NCBI GenBank assembly: GCA_964556325.1
Contig: CAZKVS010000003.1
Span: forward strand, 4,219 to 68,218
Source of the DNA: an uncultured Candidatus Saccharibacteria bacterium
GTDB taxonomy: Bacteria > Patescibacteriota > Doudnabacteria > UBA920
Direction: 5' to 3'
Length of the DNA stretch: 64,000 bases
A program made the translations under genes and the position numbers. Positions 37,363-46,673 of this stretch are shown piece after piece. Below the pieces are notes generated by a model. It was not told the origin of the DNA. It ran no database searches and was given only the letters and a program-made list of their open reading frames with translations. Numbering within the stretch: the stretch's first letter is position 1; each line of letters opens with the position of its first letter.

Positions 37363-38508
37363 TTATCGGTTTAAAAATTCCTGGAACTCAGTTCGGTACA
37401 TTTCCACCATTGCTACAAACACAGCCATAATAATTGGCCCGAGCAATACACCAAGAAAGCCAAACACAGATACGCCCCCGAGCACGGCAAGTAGCATGAG
37501 CAACGGATGCACTTGCGTAGCCCGACCGAGCATGCGCGGACCGAGAATGTTATCAATCAAGCCCACAGCAACTGCGCCCCATATTAAAAGACCTATTGCT
37601 TGAGAGGTATGTCCAATAACGAATAAGTAAACTACCGCCGGTATAAGGACTAACGAAGTTCCCACCGTTGGCACGAGCGCCGCGATGGCCGTACACACGC
37701 CCCACAAAAATGGATTTTGTAAACCAAAGATAAGAAAACCAATAGTAGCTACTATACCTTGTATGAGTGCGGTTAGGAACGACCCTTTTACCACACCGGT
37801 GACTGCTGTAGCCACCTTAGTAAACAATATCTGCTCTTGGGCGTCTTCTATAGGAGATATATCTACGAGCGCTTGTTCAAACACATGCCCGTCTTTCAAC
37901 ATGTAATACGTAGTAAATAAGGTCAAGAAAAAGGATAAGGCAAATGTAGCCACGTTGGAAAGCAAGCTTCCAAACGTCTGGAGCGCATTCGCAGAAAGCT
38001 TAGAGGCAAAGGTGCTCAAGTCTTGCAAACCAGTTACCACAAAACTTTGCACATGAGCAGGCAAACTGGCTATGAGTTGAGTTTGATCAAACACAACCTC
38101 ACCACGGGAAAAACTATCGTAAAAACCAACGGCTTCGTTGAACACCAACAAGCTTATGAGCGCCAAGGGAACGAGCGCTAACAATAATATGGATGCAATG
38201 GTTGCGAGTGCCGCCAGCCCTCGAGCTTGCATGTGTTTATGAAAATGGTGAAAGACCGGGCGAAACAACACCGCCAAAATGAACCCAAGGACAAGCACTT
38301 GTAGAAATGGCCGCACCACCGCAAACACTAGGCCGGCCGTGACCAGCAAAACAAACAAAAAGCTCACTACTTGAATTCTTTTTTGCACACTCAATAACTT
38401 TGGTTCTATAGATTTTGATTTCATATATGTCTTATTTATTACAGTATAGCAACAAATTTTACGGCCAGTCGAATGCCCGCGCCCACAGATCAGACGCGCT
38501 AACCCCAT
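37363..38508 (-). CDS. AI-2E family transporter (PerM/YdiK-like)
   Basis: polytopic; VVKGSFLTALIQGIVATIGFLIFGLQNPFLWGV. Confidence 0.7.
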   Translation of the reverse strand: MGLARLICGRGHSTGRKICCYTVINKTYMKSKSIEPKLLSVQKRIQVVSFLFVLLVTAGLVFAVVRPFLQVLVLGFILAVLFRPVFHHFHKHMQARGLAALATIASILLLALVPLALISLLVFNEAVGFYDSFSRGEVVFDQTQLIASLPAHVQSFVVTGLQDLSTFASKLSANALQTFGSLLSNVATFALSFFLTLFTTYYMLKDGHVFEQALVDISPIEDAQEQILFTKVATAVTGVVKGSFLTALIQGIVATIGFLIFGLQNPFLWGVCTAIAALVPTVGTSLVLIPAVVYLFVIGHTSQAIGLLIWGAVAVGLIDNILGPRMLGRATQVHPLLMLLAVLGGVSVFGFLGVLLGPIIMAVFVAMVEMYRTEFQEFLNR

Positions 38509-38654
38509 GCATATAAGTAGGCAAAATAAGTTGACTTTATTATATTTTTATGGTAATATACCAAAGCCTTTTTCAAGGCTTTATTGTTCACGTTCCGTCA
38601 CATAACCAAAAAACGACAGCGCATGATACTACCATCAATATGAGGAGGAAACCT

Positions 38655-38822
38655 GATGGCAGACGAAAACGACAAGAATGCAACTAGCAGTAGCAAAAGC
38701 CGATTAGCCTTGCAGGCCAGATCCGCCGCGGGCGGAAAATGGGTGAAGAAAGATTCCCAAAAACCTTCTGCAGAACGGATCAAAATTCGGGATGCCCTAC
38801 GCAGGGCACAAAAAAGTGACTA
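38655..38822 (+). CDS. unannotated small basic protein (55 aa) with strong Shine-Dalgarno
   Basis: GAGGAGG 8 nt upstream of ATG; MADENDKNATSSSKSRLALQARSAAGGKWVKKDSQKPSAERIKIRDALRRAQKSD. Confidence 0.35.
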
Positions 38823-39074
38823 ATTTGCCACCAAAACTACCTGGGAGAAGAGACGGAACTTCTCCCATTTATTTAAAAATCAAATTTGCTCAATAATATA
38901 ATACATATTATACTTACCTAAGTTTTGAAGGGCCCGGTATGGGCGTTTTTTATTAATAAGCGATACAAATCAACAAATTCATGCGAATCTGTGAATGCAC
39001 TACGAACAGTTGGTTAGGTGCTTCGTAGGCTATTCGTAGATTCGAATCATTGGTAGTTTCGCATCGGTATACAT

Positions 39075-40907
39075 ATGAAGAGAGACAACATCCGCAACAT
39101 TGCCATTATTGCCCACGTTGACCATGGGAAAACCACTTTGGTGGACGCCATGCTCAAGCAGACCCACACCGTGAAAGATGATGGCGGGAGTTTAATTATG
39201 GACTCCGGGGACTTGGAGCGAGAGCGCGGTATTACTATTCGAGCAAAAAATGCATCTTTGGTTTACAAGGATGTAAAAATTAACATTGTAGACACTCCCG
39301 GTCACGCAGACTTTGGCGGTGAAGTAGAGCGCACCCTCCGCATGGCCGACGGTGTACTCTTGTTGGTGGACGCCAAAGAAGGCCCTATGCCTCAAACTAA
39401 GTTCGTACTTAAGAAGGCTTTGGAACTTGGACACCGGGCTATTGTGGTTATAAACAAAGTAGACAAGCCTGATGCGCAAATTGACCATACTATAAACAAA
39501 ACATTTGACCTGTTTGTACACTTGGGCGCGAACGATGAGCAGCTAGAATTTCCAATTATTTATGCCAGCGGCATCCGTGGTCTTACCAGTACTGATCCGG
39601 AAAAACTAAAGACACAAATTGCCGACCCTGCTACCCCACCGAACATAACCGATTTATTTGAAGCGGTTATTAAGTATATCCCCGCACCGGAAGTGCAAAG
39701 TGAAGAACCGTTCGGTATGCTAGTCTTGGCTATTTCTTACGACAACTACATTGGTAAAATTGGCGTAGGTAAAATTACTGCCGGTAAAGTAGTAAAAGGC
39801 CAACAACTCGCCAAAATTAAACACGATGGTAGCAAGACTGTCTCCAAAGTTACGGCGTTGCAAATGTACCAGGGCATGAAAGCCATTGATGCAGTAGAAG
39901 CAGAAGCCGGAGACATTGTGGCTATTGCTGGTTTTGATGATATTCAAATTGGCGAAACCTTAGCTGACGCACAAAACCCTGTACAAATTCCTCCGGTACA
40001 CGTAGAACCGCCAACAGTTAAGATGACCTTTGGCGTAAACTCCTCCCCCTTCGCCGGTAAAGAAGGTAAGCTCGTTACGTCTCGTAACATTCGAGATCGC
40101 CTCTACAAGGAGTTAGAAACCAATGTTGCCTTAAATGTAGAAGACACTGACCAAGGTGACACCTTCCTTGTGTCTGGCCGTGGCGAGCTGCACTTAGCGG
40201 TGCTAATTGAAACCATGCGCCGCGAAGGTTTTGAGCTCCAAGTTTCTCAGCCGCAGGTTATTTTCCACGAAGAAAACGGTACCAAAATGGAACCATACGA
40301 AATGGTTACTGTGGATGTTCCAAGCGAGTACCAAGGTACTATTATTGAAGAAATTGGCAAACGAGCAGGTACTATGCTGTCTATGGACACCACCCCGAAC
40401 GGCGATGTGCACTTGGAATACAATATGCCAACTCGCGGTTTAATTGGTCTTAAGAACTTATTACTTACCCGTACCCGCGGTACGGCAATAATCAATAACT
40501 TGTTCGATAGCTATAAAGCAGTCCACGACATGGACACCCATGCCAACGACCACGGTTCGCTTATTGCCTCAGAACCTGGCACTTCCAATGCCTATGGTCT
40601 TAACAACGCGCAAGAGCGTGGCATTATGTTCATTGGTCCTGCCGTAGATGTCTACGAAGGTATGGTAGTGGGTCAAAATGCGCTTGATAACGACATTGAG
40701 CTCAACGTCTGTAAAACCAAGAAGCTCACCAACATGCGTTCGAGTGGTGCGGATGACGCGATTATCCTCGTTCCCCCTCGCCCAATTGAACTAGACTTTG
40801 CCATGGAATACATTGGCCCTGATGAACTCGTAGAGGTCACACCAAAGTCCATCCGTATTCGCAAGCGCATTCTCAATGCCGGCGACCGCAAGCGAGCATC
40901 TCGCTAA
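39075..40907 (+). CDS. typA: translational GTPase TypA/BipA
   Basis: [16 protein letters not shown], 610 aa EF-G-like architecture. Confidence 0.9.
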   Translation: MKRDNIRNIAIIAHVDHGKTTLVDAMLKQTHTVKDDGGSLIMDSGDLERERGITIRAKNASLVYKDVKINIVDTPGHADFGGEVERTLRMADGVLLLVDAKEGPMPQTKFVLKKALELGHRAIVVINKVDKPDAQIDHTINKTFDLFVHLGANDEQLEFPIIYASGIRGLTSTDPEKLKTQIADPATPPNITDLFEAVIKYIPAPEVQSEEPFGMLVLAISYDNYIGKIGVGKITAGKVVKGQQLAKIKHDGSKTVSKVTALQMYQGMKAIDAVEAEAGDIVAIAGFDDIQIGETLADAQNPVQIPPVHVEPPTVKMTFGVNSSPFAGKEGKLVTSRNIRDRLYKELETNVALNVEDTDQGDTFLVSGRGELHLAVLIETMRREGFELQVSQPQVIFHEENGTKMEPYEMVTVDVPSEYQGTIIEEIGKRAGTMLSMDTTPNGDVHLEYNMPTRGLIGLKNLLLTRTRGTAIINNLFDSYKAVHDMDTHANDHGSLIASEPGTSNAYGLNNAQERGIMFIGPAVDVYEGMVVGQNALDNDIELNVCKTKKLTNMRSSGADDAIILVPPRPIELDFAMEYIGPDELVEVTPKSIRIRKRILNAGDRKRASR

Positions 40908-40923
40908 TCCGATTACAAATACA

Positions 40924-40958
40924 AAAAGCCCTCCGGTAGACACCGGAGGGCTTTTAAG
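40924..40958 (+). terminator. terminator agccctccggt-agac-accggagggct + TTTT
   Basis: 11-bp GC-rich stem after typA stop. Confidence 0.65.
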
Positions 40959-41014
40959 TTTCATTGATTGACATTATTTAATCAATTAATTATTTTGTCT
41001 TCTCATTCCTCTTC

Positions 41015-41689
41015 CTACTTTGAACTTGCAGTTGTGGCGTTTCGGTACTTATCCCAAAGCGGCAGCCACTTATCGCGAAACACGGCGAGTAAAACTGTAT
41101 CCACGTAACCTCCGTTCTTCCAGTAGTCCTGTATAAGCCTCCCCTCCTCTACATATCCGCACTTAGCAGCATAGGCAAGGCTGCGTTCGTTAAAATTGTA
41201 GACCCGGGAACGGATTTTCCTGAGGTTGAGGATGTTAAAGGCATAATCCAGCAAAATCATTTTTGCATCTGTGCCATATCCTCCTCCCCAATACTCAGGC
41301 TCGCCGATAACCGTTCCGGTCGTAGCTGTACCACTGTGCTGGCTTATATCGTGCAAACCAATACTCCCAATGAGACGCTTATCACTCAAAGTCTCAATGC
41401 CAAATACTTTATGATTTGGTCGTTTTGGCAACCCTTCCAACCACTCCCGCTCCTCGGTTAAACTCAAAGGTGGGTTACGTTTAAGAAACTGAGTGACTAA
41501 TGGATTATTCATCCATTTACACAAGGTTTCTGCATCGGTCATTTCAAATAACCGAAGCCGAACCTTAAAGCCATACGGAAACCCAACTGGATATACTGCG
41601 TGTTCTGCTAACATGTTAATTCCTCCATACAGTTGTTTTTGCATCAAGACAACACAAAGCAAACAAAAATGCCTTGGCCATCTTGCCAA
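41015..41689 (-). CDS. GNAT N-acetyltransferase (RimJ/RimL-like); start may be 41614
   Basis: IGLHDISQHSGTATTGTVIGEPEYWGGGYGTDAKMILLDYAFNILNLRKI. Confidence 0.7.
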   Translation of the reverse strand: MARWPRHFCLLCVVLMQKQLYGGINMLAEHAVYPVGFPYGFKVRLRLFEMTDAETLCKWMNNPLVTQFLKRNPPLSLTEEREWLEGLPKRPNHKVFGIETLSDKRLIGSIGLHDISQHSGTATTGTVIGEPEYWGGGYGTDAKMILLDYAFNILNLRKIRSRVYNFNERSLAYAAKCGYVEEGRLIQDYWKNGGYVDTVLLAVFRDKWLPLWDKYRNATTASSK

Positions 41690-41901
41690 GGCAGCTCTTT
41701 ATTTTGGAATTAAAAGTATCTTAAATCCTAAACCACGTCGGCCTCGACCGACCTGGTAAACAAATGCCCAAGCAAAATAACCACCCGACTTCCATTTTGG
41801 GTAGCAGAAACGTACATAGTATGCTTAGGGATGTATAATTTAGGCATATAATTCAATATTAAATATATTATACTATAAAAACAATAATAAAGCAAATAAA
41901 A

Positions 41902-41930
41902 TAAAACGGCCCCGTAAAGGGCCGCTTTTT
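41902..41930. terminator. terminator cggccc-cgtaaa-gggccg flanked by A/T runs
   Basis: downstream of minus gene 41954-42961. Confidence 0.45.
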
Positions 41931-41953
41931 ACTATACCCACAAGAATATTTAC

Positions 41954-42961
41954 CTATTGCTGGGTCCCTGTTGCAGAGGTCGCGGTCTTGGCTGCATCTG
42001 CACATGCCTGCAACGCAGCTTTTCTTGTGTCCTGAGCTGCCTTAAGCGCAGTTTTCCTTGTTTCTATGGCCGTCTTCTTTGCAGTAGCGGACTTGTCTTG
42101 CGCCGCCTTTTTCGCTGCGGTATCGTTACCCGCAGCAGTTAAGTCTGACTTCAAAGTTTCTCGTGCGGTTTTAAGCGAAGCTTCGTAAGTGGTCTGGGTA
42201 GATTTATTTGCAGTCTTAAATGCGGTTTCCGCTGTTTTCCTGCACTCCTTCAACGTACTGGCCGCTGAAGTCTTTTTTTCACGCTTTTCTTGCTGTTCTT
42301 TTTTCTGTTGGTCAATCTTTGCTTTCCGTTCTTCTCGGGCAAGCTCGTTTTTATGATCCTGACTTTCGCTTGCCTCTCGCTGTTCAAGTTTTTGCACAAA
42401 GGCGTCAGGCAATGAAGATTTGTTTACCCCACCGGCCGGCTTTTGAAACTTATCCGTAAAATCACCGAGCACACTTGGATAGCCCGGTACGTGTACTTGG
42501 CTTACTACACATGGCTTATGAGCAGCTTGAACTGCAGCATCTTTTATCTTTAACGCTTCTGCGTTGGCTTTTATCTTTGCTGCCTTGGCGGTTTTTACAC
42601 TGGCCTGAAACTTTTCTCGCGCCAGCTTAGTTGCGGCAGCCTGTTGGTCTTTTGGTAACGCTGCGGCGGCCTTAAGCTCATCTGCCAATATTGTACGGGC
42701 AGACTTTACTGCGTCATTGTAAGTTTTCTCATTTAACTTTACTACAGTGGTAAAGGCATCCCGAGCTGCCTTACTGTCAGCGCGGCATTTGTCTAACTGC
42801 TTAATCCGCTGCTCTCTCAGAGCTTTTGCTTGGTCCTTAGAAACGCTTGTCGGGGCTGCTGTACCCGTACTCGCGGTTTCAGCACGCACAAACTGTGCCC
42901 CGCCGGCAAAAACCACCGTCGCGACTAAAAAACTAACACCTACTTTATTTATTTTTATCAT
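41954..42961 (-). CDS. secreted Lys/Ala-rich coiled-coil protein with internally duplicated halves
   Basis: signal peptide MIKINKVGVSFLVATVVFAGGAQFVRA; KxAK/TAxK repeats. Confidence 0.5.
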   Translation of the reverse strand: MIKINKVGVSFLVATVVFAGGAQFVRAETASTGTAAPTSVSKDQAKALREQRIKQLDKCRADSKAARDAFTTVVKLNEKTYNDAVKSARTILADELKAAAALPKDQQAAATKLAREKFQASVKTAKAAKIKANAEALKIKDAAVQAAHKPCVVSQVHVPGYPSVLGDFTDKFQKPAGGVNKSSLPDAFVQKLEQREASESQDHKNELAREERKAKIDQQKKEQQEKREKKTSAASTLKECRKTAETAFKTANKSTQTTYEASLKTARETLKSDLTAAGNDTAAKKAAQDKSATAKKTAIETRKTALKAAQDTRKAALQACADAAKTATSATGTQQ

Positions 42962-43029
42962 TGGTTTCCAGGCTAAACCACTCCGTTTAGCATCTTGTTA
43001 TTTAATACACATATTATACCACATTTCCT

Positions 43030-44040
43030 TTAAACCGCTTGTGCCAAAATTAACTCCAACACCACTCGCGCGGGTGTATTTGTAGTCTTCAACTCAAGGT
43101 CTAAACTTTCTAACTTAGACAACATCCCCTGCAGCATATCCGGTCTAAATGCATGTACATTCTTCTTGAGAACAAAAATACGGCCCGGTTTCCAGCCGGT
43201 AAGCGTCACTATCTCCCCTTCACTCATCCGGTGGTTCAGCGCGTCCTGTAGTAACAACAAACTACGAAATTGTTCTGCCAACAAACCCACCAGTTGTAAT
43301 GTACGGGTGGTTTCGTCTCCACCTTCAGTCTGAGCATAGTACTGCGCAAGTACCTGATATAAACGCGTGCGGTCTTTGCGCACTAAGGCATCAGAAACAG
43401 CCAGCCCAACTACCACCTGCTCTTCTGACACTAAGTGCTGCACTGCCTCAGCCGTGATAGTCTCGCCATTGCTGTACACAAGTAGTTTATTTAGCTCCTG
43501 GATGAGACGACCCAAGGAGACTTCAGCGGAAGCCCCGGGTAAACCCGACAGTTCAGAACCTAACCCTAGCCGCTGCAGCAACAACACAGCCTCTTGCCTA
43601 CAAAGTACTCCCCCACGCACTTTCGCCTGTGCAACAAGCCATTCAGGCAGCTGCTCCAAACCGGGAGCTAAAAATTCTTTGGCGTTTACCTGCGGATGAG
43701 CCAACAAATCTTTAGTAATCTTTAAACGCTTGTCTAGAGTAGACTCTGTAAATATAAGATGGTTGCTACTCGCCGCGAACTGCGGGATGGTTTTCTCTTG
43801 TAGCAAACTCGCTACCAACCCATCCAGTACAATAACCTGACCACCGGAAAATAAATCCTGAGCCAATAGCGCATCTATGCTTGCCGGTGGGTTGGACGCA
43901 CTAAAGTCTACCCGTACGAGACCGGTTTTTTTTATATGAGCCAAAATCTGTTCCTCTTTGGCGTATTCATTTGGCCCATACCAGACGTACAACATATTAC
44001 TTAGTATATCATTTCCTAAAATTCCTCTTGTGCTTGCCAA
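43030..44040 (-). CDS. holA: DNA polymerase III delta subunit
   Basis: N-terminal LYVWYGPNEYAKEE, C-terminal ELKTTNTPARVVLELIL pattern. Confidence 0.55.
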   Translation of the reverse strand: MASTRGILGNDILSNMLYVWYGPNEYAKEEQILAHIKKTGLVRVDFSASNPPASIDALLAQDLFSGGQVIVLDGLVASLLQEKTIPQFAASSNHLIFTESTLDKRLKITKDLLAHPQVNAKEFLAPGLEQLPEWLVAQAKVRGGVLCRQEAVLLLQRLGLGSELSGLPGASAEVSLGRLIQELNKLLVYSNGETITAEAVQHLVSEEQVVVGLAVSDALVRKDRTRLYQVLAQYYAQTEGGDETTRTLQLVGLLAEQFRSLLLLQDALNHRMSEGEIVTLTGWKPGRIFVLKKNVHAFRPDMLQGMLSKLESLDLELKTTNTPARVVLELILAQAV

Positions 44041-44074
44041 AAAAGCATTTTTTCGTTAAAATAATGTATATTTT

Positions 44075-44151
44075 GCACCTATAGCTCAACTGGATAGAGC
44101 ATCAGCCTTCGAAGCTGAGGGTTGCAGGTTCGACTCCTGCTGGGTGCACCA
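44075..44151 (+). tRNA. tRNA-Arg (TCG) with encoded CCA
   Basis: hand-folded 77-nt cloverleaf; anticodon loop CTTCGAA. Confidence 0.85.
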
Positions 44152-44166
44152 TTTTTACCAAAACTC

Positions 44167-44520
44167 ATGAATCTAGATAGCGCTGTCTTTTACACCAATG
44201 CACTCGAACCCAGCATCCGCTTCTATCGTGATATTTTGGGTTTTACCGTAGAGTACGTACAAGATGACAAATTTGTATCTTTTATTTTTCCCAATGGTGC
44301 CCGACTTGGAATAAAGAAAAAAGTTGAAGACAGAGAAGTTCCTGGCGCCCAAACAGTTTTTATATCTATTCATACCGGGATTGAAGAACTGTATCAATCA
44401 TACAAAGATAAACAACTTTTCATATATAAAGAGCTAGTTGTGCAAGAATGGGGTAAAAATTTTAGCATACTTGACCCTGATAATAACAAAGTGCAATTTG
44501 TAGAAAAATCAGCTGCCTAA
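44167..44520 (+). CDS. VOC/glyoxalase-family protein; start at ATG 44167 (ORF-track start overlaps tRNA)
   Basis: IRFYRDILGFTVEY... Confidence 0.55.
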   Translation: MNLDSAVFYTNALEPSIRFYRDILGFTVEYVQDDKFVSFIFPNGARLGIKKKVEDREVPGAQTVFISIHTGIEELYQSYKDKQLFIYKELVVQEWGKNFSILDPDNNKVQFVEKSAA

Positions 44521-44541
44521 GAGCACCTAATAATTTTTCCC

Positions 44542-45225
44542 ATGCAAGCAGTTATACTCGCCGCAGGACTGGGTTTACGACTTCGTCCATTTACCGAAAA
44601 ACACCCCAAAGGCCTTGTACCCATTGCTGGCAAGCCATTGCTTCTATGGACTTTGGACAGCCTACCCGACGCGATAACAGAAATAATTATTGTGACAGGC
44701 TGGTTGAGCGAACAAATTAAGATAGCACTCGGCACCTCCTACCAGGGCAAGCCTATACAGTACGTAGAGCAAATGCCACTGGATGGCACTGGCAGCGCGC
44801 TTCACCACGCGCGAACCTTGTTACACGACACTTTTTTGGTTGTAAACGGAGACGACATCTATACCAAAGAAGACCTAGCCAAATTAGCATCTTCACCCAA
44901 CTGGGCCATGCTGGCAAACACCACGACCAAACCACTAGCTGGCGCCCTGGCCGTGGACGCCTCAGGAGCTGTAACCGAGTTAGTCAACGACCAGAGTCAA
45001 AACGAAAAATGGATTAACTGCGGGGCATACCTGACAGATGTGCATTTCTTTGAGAGAACACTTGTAGGCATACCCGTTCGGGATAAAACCGAATACAGTC
45101 TCCCCCACACCCTCGTCCAAAACCCCGTGGAGCGCCACGTACGGCTCGTAGCGGCTACTAAATGGCTTCCTGTAGGCACCCCTGAAGAACTTGCCAAAGC
45201 CGAAAAAATACTAGATAATATATAG
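44542..45225 (+). CDS. sugar-phosphate nucleotidyltransferase
   Basis: MQAVILAAGLGLRLRPFTEKHPKGLVPIAGKPLL. Confidence 0.7.
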   Translation: MQAVILAAGLGLRLRPFTEKHPKGLVPIAGKPLLLWTLDSLPDAITEIIIVTGWLSEQIKIALGTSYQGKPIQYVEQMPLDGTGSALHHARTLLHDTFLVVNGDDIYTKEDLAKLASSPNWAMLANTTTKPLAGALAVDASGAVTELVNDQSQNEKWINCGAYLTDVHFFERTLVGIPVRDKTEYSLPHTLVQNPVERHVRLVAATKWLPVGTPEELAKAEKILDNI

Positions 45226-45250
45226 GCAATTTTACATTCTCGTCCCGTGC

Positions 45251-45302
45251 GCGCCCATAGCTCAGCTGGTAGATCCGCCGGCTGGCGGACTCTTAAGCAA
45301 AA
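45251..45302 (+). pseudogene. tRNA-Lys 5'-fragment copy (acceptor+D-arm identical for 23 nt, GC hairpin replaces 5' anticodon stem, then CTCTTAAGCAAA)
   Basis: direct comparison with the intact tRNA-Lys at 45557. Confidence 0.5.
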
Positions 45303-45305
45303 GAT

Positions 45306-45566
45306 ATGTACACCACATATGTTATTTGCAACCAAACTGGTAAGATATATATTGGGCAAACAGAAAATCTAGTTCTGCGTTTAAAAAGACATAATCAAGA
45401 ATTGCCAAGCAAGTCGTCTTCTTATACCCATAAGAATAAAGGTCCCTGGAAAGTTATACATACAGAAAACTTTCTGACTCGTGCAGATGCCGTGACCCGC
45501 GAGAAAGAACTTAAAAACTTTCAAGGCAGGCAGTATATTAAAAATTTACTCAACATGCGCCCATAG
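45306..45566 (+). CDS. GIY-YIG nuclease-family small protein (YhbQ/UPF0213-like), 3' end overlaps first 10 nt of tRNA-Lys
   Basis: MYTTYVICNQTGKIYIGQTENLVLRLKRHNQ (GIY..YIG + R..H/N core). Confidence 0.65.
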   Translation: MYTTYVICNQTGKIYIGQTENLVLRLKRHNQELPSKSSSYTHKNKGPWKVIHTENFLTRADAVTREKELKNFQGRQYIKNLLNMRP

Positions 45567-45632
45567 CTCAGCTGGTAGAGCAGTTGCCTCTTAAGCAAAC
45601 GGTCACAGGTTCGATCCCTGTTGGGCGCACCA
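45557..45632 (+). tRNA. tRNA-Lys (CTT) with encoded CCA
   Basis: hand-folded 76-nt cloverleaf; anticodon loop CTCTTAA; G27:A43 mismatch. Confidence 0.85.
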
Positions 45633-45634
45633 AT

Positions 45635-45659
45635 AAAACACTCCACTCGGAGTGTTTTT
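45635..45659 (+). terminator. terminator aacactcc-actc-ggagtgtt + TTTTTA
   Basis: after tRNA-Lys; near-duplicate at 45745-45772. Confidence 0.5.
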
Positions 45660-45662
45660 ATA

Positions 45663-45740
45663 TTAGCTCAGCTGGTAGATCCCGCTCAGCGGGACTTTAA
45701 ACGGACGGCCTCCCGGTGCCACACTACCATAGTTGCACCA
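45663..45740 (+). pseudogene. degenerate tRNA-like relic (TAGCTCAGCTGGTAGATC + GC hairpin + CTTTAAACGG ... GCACCA)
   Basis: same architecture as the 45251 fragment; no T-arm. Confidence 0.35.
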
Positions 45741-45744
45741 ATAC

Positions 45745-45772
45745 AAAAAACACTCACCAAGAGTGTTTTTAT
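45745..45772. terminator. terminator aaaaacactc-accaa-gagtgttttt (bidirectional)
   Basis: near-copy of the 45635 terminator including the TTTTTATATT tail. Confidence 0.5.
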
Positions 45773-45782
45773 ATTTACTTTT

Positions 45783-46106
45783 TTACTGACCTTGCTTCGG
45801 CACCTCTTTGAATGGATTTATAGTTGGGGTAGCAATGGGTGCATAGGTCTCTGCAGATTGCTTACGCTCAGTGGCTTTCTTAAAATTCTGAAAGTTCACT
45901 CGGGTAGATTCCACTTCCCGAGCGCCCACGTCTTCGAACCTCACCCGGTATACCGCCGAGAGCGAACCCTGTAAGGCCCATAAGTCAGCCAATAACAAAA
46001 CTATTGCCGCTATCCATAGAGCGGTGCTCTGACTTATTTTTAAACCCTTCTTAGGACCCGCGGCAGGCTTTGGTTTCAGTTTTGCAATTATACTTTTAAA
46101 GTCCAT
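45783..46106 (-). CDS. hypothetical single-TM protein at the distal end of the pilus operon (PilP-like position)
   Basis: 107 aa; TM ALWIAAIVLLLADLWAL. Confidence 0.4.
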   Translation of the reverse strand: MDFKSIIAKLKPKPAAGPKKGLKISQSTALWIAAIVLLLADLWALQGSLSAVYRVRFEDVGAREVESTRVNFQNFKKATERKQSAETYAPIATPTINPFKEVPKQGQ

Positions 46107-46110
46107 ACTA

Positions 46111-46671
46111 TTATTTCCTTAGATAAAACACACCCGCCATGCTTGAAGTTACGGCATCCGCATCAGTAGCGCTTGAAGTAGAAGTTACGTTTACCGATCG
46201 CACCGTAAGCACAAAGCCCGCATGTTCTAACGCATCCATAAACTGCACTACATGCCCAAAGCTGCCTTGCACTTGCATGCTAAACGGTATGGTCACCAAG
46301 TCACTCGTCACCTGAGCCTTGGACGCTTGCGCGATTGTACCGGCCACGGAGAGAGTTAGTGCAAGATTCAACTTAGTTGCCTGTGATTCTATTTGGCTTA
46401 TTTCTTCGACCAGGGTTTCGTCACGACTAAATAAATCATCGGGAGCTATTTTCTCGTCCGAAACCTGTTTCAAATCTTTTTTAGCCAACTGAATATTTTG
46501 TTGCTGCTGCCGGAGTTCCAAAACGTCTTTCTTTTGAGTCAAAATTTGCTCCAGCTGACCAGCTTGCAGCGAGTCCAGCCATTGGAAACCGTATGCAAAC
46601 AAAAGCAAAGTCCCCACTGCAAATAAGGCTACGGTTCCGACTATTTTATTTTGATATGATGTTTTAGACAT
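46111..46671 (-). CDS. pilO: type IV pilus assembly protein PilO-like
   Basis: N-terminal TM + coiled coil, position after pilN. Confidence 0.5.
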   Translation of the reverse strand: MSKTSYQNKIVGTVALFAVGTLLLFAYGFQWLDSLQAGQLEQILTQKKDVLELRQQQQNIQLAKKDLKQVSDEKIAPDDLFSRDETLVEEISQIESQATKLNLALTLSVAGTIAQASKAQVTSDLVTIPFSMQVQGSFGHVVQFMDALEHAGFVLTVRSVNVTSTSSATDADAVTSSMAGVFYLRK

Positions 46672-46673
46672 GT

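Noticed and set aside
45251-45632. Reading 45251-45632 as one tRNA-Lys containing a ~300-nt intron with a homing endonuclease
   Set aside because: The downstream tRNA-Lys (45557-45632) is complete and canonical on its own. The upstream fragment lacks any T-arm, so a duplicated 5' fragment is the simpler description.
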